From the NCBI RefSeq assembly GCF_009914755.1, contig NC_060943.1: DNA of 64,000 nt. One strand, given 5' to 3'. Under the pieces are notes generated by a model that saw nothing but the letters and a program-made list of their open reading frames with translations, was not told where the DNA came from and searched no databases. Each line of letters begins with the position of its first letter. Within the stretch, counting starts at the first letter, position 1. Shown one piece after another: positions 1 through 22,029 of the stretch. The stretch comes from the human T2T-CHM13v2.0 reference genome, Homo sapiens. Made by a program: the position numbers and the translations under genes.

Positions 1-113
1 TAGCAGAGACCATGTATCTGCTGAAAAAACACAGACAAAAACAAAAAAATGGCTGGGTGTGGCGGCTCACGCCTGTAATCCTAACACTTTGGGAGGCCAA
101 GGCGGGCAGATCA

Positions 114-590
<477 letters not shown>

Positions 591-1559
591 TTACTGTATG
601 ACCTCACAAGTGGAATCTAAAAAAGTCCAATTGATAGTAACAGGGTAGAACAGTTGTTGCCACAGGCTGCTGGGGGGTGAAAATGGAAAATGTTGGTTAA
701 AGGGTACAAATTTTCTGTTATAAAATGAAGAAGTTCTGAGGAAGCTAATGTACACCATGGTGACTATACTATATTGGACACTTTAACAGTTTGGAAAGTT
801 TTTGAAAAATCTAATAAATTATGGGGTAAAAGTTCAAAAAATGATGGCACTTAATATTCAGAAATGAATGAGATCAGCTGATTATTGGATGCCACCAAAT
901 CTTATTTCTGGAGTTAGCAACTATAGGAAAGAAGCAATTGAATAAAATGTATCTCAAGCTTCCAAAATAACAATTAATTAACTGTAAAGCAACTACAAAG
1001 AAAAAAGTAAATTCATTACAAAAAAACAAGACTTTCAATGCTTCTGCGAAGACATACCTTGTAGGCCTAGTGTGGTGGCTCACATCTGTAATTCCAGTGC
1101 GTTGAGAGGCTGAGGTGGAAAGACTGCTTGAGGCCAGGAAGTAGAAGCTGCAGTGAGCCGAGATCATGCCACTGCTCTCCAGCCTAGGCGGCAGAGAGAG
1201 ACCATGTCCCCCCCCAAAACAAAACAGAACAAAGCCAAAAAAAACACCAAAGACATATCTTGTAGTGACAGTCAGTCATTTCTTGCCCCATTTCTCCCCT
1301 CCTTTATGCTCTACTCCATCATTGGGAAGAAGAGAGTTACCACAAATAACTGGATCAAGTCACTGCCCTCTGGCTAAATAGGAATTCCAAATATCTTTTG
1401 ATACAAATACATACAAAATGCACAAGGCTTATAGAAAAAACTTTGGTGATTTTCATCCTCATGAGTACAACTTAAACATATTTCAAATCAGAGTATAAAG
1501 CCACAAATCAATATATTACAACCACCATCCATATCCAATCAACTGTCACGCATCTGGAT

Positions 1560-2280
1560 GGGGTCCTCTCCCGCTTTCTTCACGGCTATGTGTTTCCCTC
1601 TCTCATTCTGAGCGTCTTTTTTTTCTCCTTTTCTGTTTTGCACCCCTTTCTTTATTCCCTCTTTTATGTCTGTTCTGCCCAATGCTCTGCAACTTACTTC
1701 ACCTCTCGTAGCTCTTTCTCCCCAATCTTTCCGATTGTCCCCAATCTCCACGTATTTCTGCCTCTTTTCCCCCATCTAAGCTCCCTCTCTGCTCTCCTTG
1801 TTAAATTCCCTCTTCCCTGTTACATCTCCTTTGTTCCCACTCTCTAGCACCCCCAATTTCCTAGGCTTACTCCCTGCTGTGGTTCTCCCTCTACTCTGCT
1901 TGTCACCCACTGCCCTCTCTCCCTCTCTTTCAGTCCCAGCACCACGTAGCTCTGTCAGCCGCGGCTCCAACTCTTTCACCTTCTCCCCACTGTCTGTCTG
2001 TCTGCAGTGCCTCCTCCTTTGCCGCCCCACTCTATTTTGCTGCCCTTCATCTCTCTGAAGGTCCCCTTTTTTTCTAAATTTCTCTGTGTGCTTTTCTCCC
2101 CCTGCTACTTTTTCCATCCGTTCTCTTTCACTCTTGCTCTCTTTGCAAGTCCCTAAAGTATCATCCATTTTGCCGTGTATTTATGGGTCTCCCTCATTCT
2201 TTTCTCCTCAGTTTTTCCTTTTGCTCCGTCGTTCCCCGTCTTTTCCTCTCCTGATCCCTCTCACCCACACATTCGGGAGG
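1560..2280 (+). repeat. CT-rich low-complexity tract in intron 1 (GA-rich on the transcribed strand)
   Basis: Strong pyrimidine bias over about 700 nt; paralog at 45690-46390. Confidence 0.8.
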
Positions 2281-3230
2281 AAAGGGGAGGAATAGGATGC
2301 CCACCTCCCGGAAGAGCACATTTTCCAGTGGAGTAAAATTTGGGAAGGAAGAACACTGGGTGTCACAAGACAGACTCAGGTAACCTGTCCCAACGGGGAG
2401 TCAAGAAAAGCAGTGGCTGTGAAGGGGAAGCCTGGGGAGCGGAAGGACCCGGCGTGAGGACGACACGAGGTGGCGCGGAGAACGATGTCTCACGACAGGG
2501 AGGGTCTGCAGAATCCCAGGACGTGGGAGGAGAAGCGGCTCCTTCAGGAGCCGGACAGTGGGCGCTCCCCTCCAGGGGCAGACGACGGAGGAGCTCGGGG
2601 ATCGCGAAGGGCGCTAGTCCACATCCCGAATGAGGACTCGACTTGGCGCGGGGCCCAAGCAGAGGGTTTTAAGCGGGAACACTACCTGAATGGGGTTGTC
2701 TACATGGTCCTAAGGAAGAAAGGCAGAGAGCAAGGAACGGCCTCAGAGAGATTTTAAACCGAAAGGGAAGCAATTCTCCTACTTACTTGGGACGAAGGGG
2801 CTGTTGCGGGTATTTTAAGGTCCGTAGCGATCCCCAGGTCACGGGTATGGAGAACCGAGGACTGCGAAGTGCACGTTTAATCAAGGTAGACGAAGAGAAG
2901 CAAACGTTTAATCCAGGTAGACTGAAACACACTCATAGCGACGTGGCCTTTCCCCAGCGCGATCTGCTTCCGGGTGTGCAGGAAACTGGGCGCGGAAAGA
3001 AAAACTGGGCGGCCTGGGGGCGGGGCCTAGGCGGGGCGCGACTAGGAAAGGGCTGGGCGGAAAGACTGGCCTGACTTGGGAGTGGCCCGAAAGGGTGGTG
3101 GGAGGCCCAGGGCGGTAGGGGGCGTGACTAGGTGGGGCTTGGCTGGACCGAAAACTGGGATGAAGCGGGGCCTCCAGGGGTGGGCGGGGCCGAGGCGGGG
3201 CCTGTTCTCCACTCCGCCTCTCACCCAGCA
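2280..3230 (-). promoter_or_regulatory. CpG-island promoter of the ZNF841-like gene
   Basis: CpG-rich; CTTCCGG at about 2968; GC boxes at about 3016-3040 and 3180-3200; paralogous to 46400-47400. Confidence 0.78.
2787..2985 (-). other. ZNF841: Non-coding exon 1 of the next KRAB-ZNF gene (probably ZNF841); 5' end approximate
   Basis: Donor CAA|GTAAGT at 2786; paralog of ZNF616 exon 1. Identity is inferred from recalled gene order only, since no coding sequence of this gene is in the window. Confidence 0.62.
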
Positions 3231-3573
3231 GGATTTTGTTTTCCAGGTTTGGGAGTATTTGTGACTATTTCTTGTCCTGTGAAGCAGCGTTGCTCCTTGC
3301 CCATTTTAAATTAATGTTTCAGAATTTAAGGTTGAATCTTAAAGTTGTGGTCCACTTATACTGGAAACTAAGATGATTTATTCTTAACAAGTTGAACTGA
3401 TTTAAGTCAAAACCGATTTTTCCGAGCCTGGTGGACTCCATCCAGTCTTACCAGAAAAGCTGAAGCTACTCAGTAGTCAGGGAACTGGGATCTCGGTGGG
3501 GATTGGATGTGGAGCAGTGACTGGATCCAGGAACCCAGAAGACATTATGCCAAGCGAAATGTGCTAGACACAG

Positions 3574-4474
<901 letters not shown>

Positions 4475-5404
4475 CACACAAAGAAACATACTTCATGCAC
4501 TTACTTACACGTGCTAAGTACAAACATCAAATTCAGAGTAACAAAGTAGAAGGGTGGTTTCCAGGGCTGAGGGTGTTTCCTATGCCTGTCCCACCATTGT
4601 ATTTTGGAAGCAGATAACTTCTCTGGCTTCACAGATTCACAGCTGGGCAGAAACTTTGCCTCAGGATGAACCACACCTTGTGTCTCACCCATATGTGATT
4701 CAGATAATATTTAGGTGATATTTGGGCCTTAGAGTTGATACTGAAATGGATTAAGACTTTTCAGATGGGCCAGGCAAGGTAGCTTAGGCCTGTAACCCCA
4801 ACAATTCAGGAGGCCGAGTCTGGCAGATTACTTGAGCTCAGGAGTTCAAGACCAGCCTGGGCACATAGCAAGAACCCCGTCTCTACAGAAGATATAAAAA
4901 TTAGCCATGCTTAGTGGCACACTCCTGTAGTCCCAGCTACTTGGGCGGCTGAAGTGGCAGGATCACTTAAGGCCAAGGATTTGAGACCAGCCTGGGCAAC
5001 ATAGTCAGACCCCATCTCTACAAAAAATTAAATTAGCCAGGCATGGTGGCCTGCATGTGTGGTCCCAGCTATTGGGAGGCTGAGGCAGGAGGATCACTTG
5101 AGCCCAGGAGGTCGAGACTGTGACAAGTCATGATTACGCCACTGCACTCCAGCCTGGGTGACAGAGAGAGACCCCATCTCAAATAAATAAATAAAAGATT
5201 TTTGTTCTGATGGGAGTGAAGGGATCTTGCATGTAAGAAGGACATAAAGTTTAGGAGTCCAGAACACAGTGTGTTATGAGCAGAAAAATTTCCACACACA
5301 AAAAAAAACCCTATCTTGAAGTCCTAATACCCAGTACCTCAGAATATAACTGTATTTGGATATATGGCATCTACAGGAGTGATCAAGTAAAAATAAGCTT
5401 GTTA

Positions 5405-5770
<366 letters not shown>

Positions 5771-5867
5771 CTAACTTGCCTTCTTCTGTTAGGTGTTTGA
5801 TGAAAAATTGAAGCAGAAAGTTTATGAGCTATGTATGTTATCTGCGCAGAAGGGCTATATGGCCTAA

Positions 5868-6236
<369 letters not shown>

Positions 6237-6724
6237 TAGGATTACAGGCGTGAGCCACCGCACCTGGCCTAGAAAGGCAGATTTATAGCTTATTTGCTTT
6301 ATCTCTTTGCTTTCCCCTGGTCCTGCCAGGCTGACTCCTTTTCTCTAATTAGGTCTCCACAGACTATACCATAAAAGTGCATTTTTCTCACCCTCCTATA
6401 AAATCCCTGGACTCCTAGTTTTACTACAAATAAACCAGGATTCTATTTCCCAGTATGAAAAGTTTGTCAGAAAAAAAGAGGTAGCACGGGACCTTCTTTC
6501 TTTTCTTCAAAACTAATTCACCTCCTCTTCTTCTCTTTCCTGTCTCTCTCTTCCTAGACTGGCCTGCGCAGTTCTAGATCCCCAGTGAATCCTTGGGTTG
6601 ACATACAAGGGACGAAGAACCTATAGGAAAGGGAAATCTCTAGCTCTCAGAGGTGGCTTTTTGGATGTCTGGATGCATTCATAACCATCCTCGTGTTGCC
6701 AGAAAGGGGTCCTGATCCAGATCC

Positions 6725-7862
<1,138 letters not shown>

Positions 7863-8756
7863 TCAGACAGTTTTTATTTCAACACTGAATGTTTACTTTT
7901 GAAACTCCTGACGTTTAAGTTGATAAAAACTCAATTTTCCCCATGCTAAAAACTTTATACATGTCCTTTCTTCATGCATACATAGAACCCTTCACACAAT
8001 ATAATTGTTGGAAGTGTTTCTGAAATACTGTTTAGACAAATTACCTATATTTTTACACCTGTACTATAAAATTAATATCTAACAGACAATAAATATTAAA
8101 TTATTTAATAGAAGAATTATTTTTCAAAGGCTAATGATTTCACAGCTGTAGCAAAACTTTTTTCTTTTTTTTTTTGAGATGAGGTCTCACTCTGTTGCCC
8201 AGGCTGCAGTGCAGCGATGTAATCACACCCCACAGCAGCCTCCACCTCCCCAGGCTCAGGCAATACCCCAACCTCAGTTTTTGTATTTTTAGTAGAGATG
8301 GGGTTTCACCATGTTGCCCAAACTAGTCTAAAACTCCTAGGTTCAAGCGATCTCCCCACCCCCACATTCTAAAGTGCTGGCATTGCAGGCGTGAACCACT
8401 GTGCCTGGCCAAAATGTAATTTTAAAAATAATTTTTAAAATCATTATACAATTTCCTAGAAACGATTTAATCCAATTTAAAGATTTACATTTCTTTCCTT
8501 GTACTTCAGTGAAAAACTTATAGGATTAGTAAATCAAGGTGGTATTTTCAGATTTGTATGGCAAAAAAATATGCGGAGACCTGACAGATGTAAAGGATGT
8601 ATTCTATCAATATATGGAGGGTCCCTTACATTTTAAGTTCAGTGAAAGAACTGGAATGATACAAGATAATGAACTAAAATTGTATAATGTAAAAGCAAGA
8701 GCTCTGTTGCTAATGTACAGCTGTATCAGTTGGATTTTTAAAAACCCAACATACTA

Positions 8757-9102
<346 letters not shown>

Positions 9103-9398
9103 TCACACCAAATATTCACCCCCACTTCTAAAAAATATAAAAGAATAAGCCAAAATGTAACTTCAAGTCACAAGCAAGGATCTCATGACAGTCTCATGAG
9201 ACTTCTTTTCATTGAGAGCCCAGTAGAGTTCTCCTCACTCACAACACTTCATTGTGGAACAGAAAAATGAAACCTGAATAAACCCTCCCATCCAGAAAAG
9301 GAAAATAAAGAAGGTACCCCGTAGTTTCTGTTTCACAGCAAATGTGCAATGTTGCTGAGAAGATGAGTCAGGGACTGATTCCACAAGGTCAAGAATGA

Positions 9399-9937
<539 letters not shown>

Positions 9938-10004
9938 TCAGCTATTGCACTCCAGCCTGAGCCACAGAGAGAGACTCTGTCTCAAAAATAAATAAATAAA
10001 TATT

Positions 10005-14449
<4,445 letters not shown>

Positions 14450-14860
14450 TGTGAAAGGAAAATAAATCTTGGCACCCAACACTCACTAAGCCAAAGGGAA
14501 AAGTCAAGCTGGGAACTGCTTAGGGCAAACATGCTTCCCATTCTATTCAAATCATCCCTCTGCTCACTGAGATAAATGTGTGTGATTGCTTCCTTTGAAA
14601 ATGCTTACCAGAAACCCAAAAGAATGCAACCTTTGTCTTTTATCTACCCGATGACCTGGAAGCACCCTCCCTGCTTGGACTTACCCTGCCTTTCCAAACC
14701 AAACCAATGTGCATCTTACACATTAACTGATATCTCCTAAAAGTGTATAAAACCAAGCTGCGCCCCAACCACCTTGGGTATATGTGGCCAGGACCTCTTG
14801 AGGCTGTGTCACAGGCAAGCATCCTTAACTTTGGCAAATAAACTTGCAAAATTGACTGGA
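14450..14860 (+). mobile_element. MER4A-type 3' LTR (3' end truncated)
   Basis: TGTGAAAGGAAAATAAATCTTGG...AAAGGGAAAAGTCAAGCTGGGAACTGCTTAGGGCAAAC matches the recalled MER4A/A1 start. Confidence 0.75.
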
Positions 14861-15446
14861 ACAAAAGAAGTAATCTTCAGAGAAAATAAAAATAACAGGG
14901 AAAAACAGGGAGATTACATGATAAAAATGTCAACTTACAAAGATGATTTCAGAACCATCAGTGTGTATGCACTAAAAAACAGCTGCAAAACGTGAAGCAA
15001 TAAGTGACAGAAGTGAAAGAAATACACAAATTTAGACTGAGCAAAGAGGATTATTAGGGTAGTCAAAGTACTCTGTATGTTACCATAATATGTGAATATG
15101 TGCCATTTTACAGTTGTCCAAACCCACACAATGTACAAGTGTGAGCCAACTATAAACTAGGGATGTTGGATGATAATCTACCACTTTGGTGGAGGATGTT
15201 GACAATGGGGAAGGCTATGCATATGTGGGGGAAGGAGCTATATGAGAAATCTCTGTACCTTCCACTGAATTTTGCTGGGAACCAAAAATTGCTCTACAAA
15301 GTAAAGTATATCATAGAAAAAAAATTGAATTAGAAAATAGGTTAAAAATATGAGAAATTTCACCGATGCAGATGCACAAATAGGCAAACGAAAAGATTTT
15401 CCATATTACTGTCCATCAAGTCTCAGAAATTAACAATGTTCTATTT

Positions 15447-18089
<2,643 letters not shown>

Positions 18090-18377
18090 ACAATGTTCTA
18101 TTTTTATTTGATCCCATCTGCTTCCAGCAATCACTGAAAAGAAACAGCCTTTACCAAACACTCCAAAATGTCTTTGTGGTGACGTCATTAGGAACTCATA
18201 ACTGTCCCCAGGAATTCGCAGTGGGAACAAAGGTTTTCAGGAATATTCTCAGCTCACCAAGCTTGCACATTATCAATATTGGTGAATTGACAAATTGCAG
18301 TTTTTTGCAAAGCTGCTATCTCAGAATCACAAACTTACATCTCACAATCAGCTGGCTCCCTCCCCCCAAGACATTGG

Positions 18378-18887
18378 TACAGTCATCCCACATTAGCTGC
18401 TGTTTTGCTTTCCATGATTTCAATTACCAGTGGCAACTGTGGCCCAAAAACATTAAATGGAATATTCCCAAAATAAATAACTCGGAAATTTTAAACTGTA
18501 CACTGTTCTCACTAATGTGATGAAATTTCACATTGTTCCACCCAGGACATAAATCATCCCTTTATACGGTGTAGCCACACAGAATAACCTACCCCTCTCT
18601 CAGTCACTTAGTAGTCATCTCAGTTAGCGTTGTTAGAGTATCATCGTGTTTGTGTTCAAGTATCTCCTATTTTACTTAATTATGGCCCCAAAGCACAAAA
18701 GTAGTGAGGCTTGCAACTTGGATATCTCAGAGAAGCTGTAAGCTAGACACAATAGCATGTACCTGTAGTCTCAGGTAGTCTGGAGGCTGAGGTGGGAGGA
18801 CCACTTTTTGACGCTGCAGTGTGCTAAGATCTTACCTGTGAATAACCACTGCACTCAGCCTGGGTGACATAGCAAAACCCCCTAACA

Positions 18888-18919
<32 letters not shown>

Positions 18920-19178
18920 GCAAGAAAGCTGTAAAGCGCCTCCTTTAAGTTAAAAAGTGAAAGGTTATTGATTTAATAAGAAAAAAATACAGATGAAGAT
19001 GCTAAGATTTATCATAAATCTTCTGTACAAGTGTGAATAAAAATAATCAGTACTAGCTTTGCTGTCACACCTCAAAACTTGACTGAAACTATATATTTAT
19101 GGTTGGGTACTATCCACTTTCAGGTATCCACTAGAGGACACTTGGAAGGCATCTTGTGGGTTAAAGGGGGACTATGGT
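18378..19178. mobile_element. MER44/Tigger7-type DNA transposon with an inserted Alu monomer (about 18742-18925)
   Basis: TA-flanked degenerate TIRs (CAGTCATCCC...GGGGGACTATG) and MER44-like internal sequence. Confidence 0.7.
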
Positions 19179-20329
19179 ATGGGCAAAAATCTATGTTGTT
19201 TGATTTCGCCATAGAAAACAATTGTCGCACATTATTTTAACCAGCAGAGTGTAATGCAGTGTCTGTTAGAAGTTCTTTACTAAGGTGGGATAAATCTGTG
19301 TTGGTGAAAGGAACGTCACTGAGTTACGAAAACGAATAACATTTTATTAATTGAACCATGAGACTTCTGATACATTTTGAATGTAACAGCAGTAAAATAT
19401 AGAGTAAATACTTCAATGTGAATCTGGCCTGTGACCATGCTATTCTGATTCTTTTGATTAAATTCTCCTCTCTGATAACTGCTGTCTTCCACTTCCAAGA
19501 ATAAGACTAATTTTACATTTATCTTTGCTATATAACAGCTGTCATTCAATGGAGATGATCATCATTTCCTCTGCATTATTTCTCCCACACAATCCATCCC
19601 TAGTAACCTATCACTTGCCTCTCATGAATACCCTTAATATTCCATCAATGTCCTCACTGGTATTTCAGTCAGTTGGTTGTGCAATTATTTTCTACAACCC
19701 AAAGTGGCACTCTACGTGTTCATGGACACCTGGAACACAAGCACAACTTACATCATAAACTTACATTATTCTCCCAGTTACTCCATGGTGTGTAACTCAC
19801 AGAATATTGAATTTTAAAATTCAGTGACCTTAATCTTCAGGAAGCATGGAAATGAAGGAGCCACACTGAATGAAGGAGGCTCTCTCATCTTGTTGATTCA
19901 TTCCCAGATACCACAATGAAGGATATGTAAGGAAGATGATAGACTTCAAACCTTAGGATAAACGTCATAGTCTAGTAGCTATTTTAAGAAACGCCCCATT
20001 GGCCAGGTGTGGTGGCTCATGCCTGTAATCTCAGCAACGTGTGAGGCCAAGGTGGCAAATCACTTGAGGCCAGGAGCTTGAGATCAGCCTGGCAAACATG
20101 GTAAAACACCATCTCTACAAAAAAATATAAAAATTATCTGGACATGGTGGCATGACTGTAATCCCAGCTACTTGGGAGGCTGAGGCACAAATTGCTTGAA
20201 ACCAGGATGTGGAAGTTACAGTGAGGTGAACTGGTGCCACTGCACTACAGCATGGGGAACAGAGCAAGACTGTCACAAAAGAAAAAAAACAGAAACCTCA
20301 AATTTAATGTAATATTTTATAAACTGAAT

Positions 20330-21560
20330 GAGCCATTTTCACACATGCACTTGCTCCTTTAAAATACATACTGTCCTGAGTTTTAACAAATGTTGTCTGG
20401 TAGTTATTCTGTAATAATATTCCAGGCCAATCTTGGAGAAGCAGATTTGGTTATCCCTAGTATGATTTCAAAGATGTGTAGTCTGTTTAAAAAACTGGTT
20501 GAAATTTGTGCCACATTGATTACATTTCCAAGTTTTCTCTCAAGTAGGGATAATTTGGTAAAGGCTGAAGACACACTACTGCTTCCAGGTCCTTTCATGT
20601 TCAGCATACTTACAGGATTTTTCTCCTTTATACGTTCAATCAAACTGCAAAGGCGTGGACATTGGTTTTGTCTCACTTTAAGTTCTGGGTACATGTGCAC
20701 AATTTGCAAATTTGTTACATAGGAAAATGTGTGCCATGGTGGTTTGCTGCATCTACCAACCCATCACCTGGTATTAAGGCAAAAATGCATTAGCTATTTG
20801 TCCTGATGCTCCACTTCCCTGCCCTTCCCACCCCCATCAGCAGGCCCCAGTGTGTGTTGCTCCCCTCCCTGGGTATATGTGTTCTCATTGTTCAGCTTCC
20901 ACTTTTAAGTGAGAACATGTGCTGTTTGATTTTCTGTTCCTGTGTTAGTTTCCTGAGGATAATGGCTTCCAGCTCCATCCACATCGCTGCAATGGACATG
21001 ATCTCATTCCTTTCTATGGCTGCATAGTATCCCATGGTGTATATGTACCACATTTTCTTTATTCAGTCTATCACTGATAAGCATTTGGGTTGATTCCAGG
21101 TCTTTGAACATTTCATTTTTTAAAACCATTTATTTGGAAGGTTGTCTCTAGTATGAATACTCTTTCCATTTTGATGTTCGGGTAAAAACCTTAGCATGCA
21201 CATTACATTTCTGTGGTTCCTCTCAAAGATGTATATTCTGATGCCTAGTGAGTTCCAATGCCTGGGGAAAGCCTCTGACACATACATTTATATGATTTCC
21301 TTTCAGTATAAACTCTCTTATGACAAGTAGTGATTGAACTCTAGTAAAGGTTTTGCCACCCTCATTTCATTTCATACATCTATGCCCTTTTAATTACCTA
21401 GATTTACAAGTTCTGGCTTTTGAGTAGAATTCTTGCCACACGTATTACACTTCTGTGATTTTTCTCCAGGATGTATACATCCTGGAATATATATACAAAT
21501 TCTTACACCTAGTGAGTAGTGAATACTAGCTTAAAACTTAGGTATATTTACTGCATGTGT
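20330..21560 (-). other. Decayed zinc-finger repeats downstream of the ZNF616 stop (paralog 59600-61030)
   Basis: Recognisable TTGCCACA/TTACATTT/CAGTATGAAT finger remnants with stops and frameshifts. Confidence 0.7.
20670..21105 (-). mobile_element. 5'-truncated L1PA 3' end
   Basis: ACTTTAAGTTCTGGGTACATGTGCAC...AGTGAGAACATG...GGGTTGATTCCAGGTCTTTG is the reverse complement of the L1PA 3'UTR. Confidence 0.88.
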
Positions 21561-21563
21561 AAA

Positions 21564-21986
21564 TGTATTAGGTCATAACTGCATTGCTACAAAAAAAAAC
21601 CTGAGGCTGGCTAATGTATAAAGAAAAGAGTTTAATTGGCTCATATTTCTGAAGGCTTAAATGAAAACATGGTGCTGGCATCTGATCACCCTCTAGGGAA
21701 GCCTCAGGAAGGTTAAAATCATGGTGGAAGGCAAAGCGGGTGTCGGTATTTCACATGGTGAGAATGAGGGCAAGCGACAGGGAAGTGCTATGCACTTCTA
21801 AACAGCCAGACCTCAAGAGAAGTCACTATTGCCAGGACAGCACCAAGGGGATGACGCTACATCTTTCTCAGTTTGAGAAATCCACTTCCATGATTCAATC
21901 ACCTCCCAATGGGCCCCACCTCCAATACTGGAGATTACAATTCCACAGGGATTTCAAGAGAAGGGGTAAATATACAAGGTATATCA
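21564..21986 (-). mobile_element. MST (MaLR) LTR in the ZNF616 3'UTR
   Basis: TGTATT...ATATCA termini, near-TSD GTAAA/GTAAG, MST-type internal motifs. Confidence 0.82.
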
Positions 21987-22029
21987 GTAAGTAGGAATTA
22001 TTCGGTGATTCCAGAAACTAGGACAACGT

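Noticed and set aside
1539-2757. Paralogous K/E/R-rich and GC-rich ORFs here and at 45643-47357
   Set aside because: Low-complexity or CpG-island sequence poor in stops; frames and lengths differ between the two copies.
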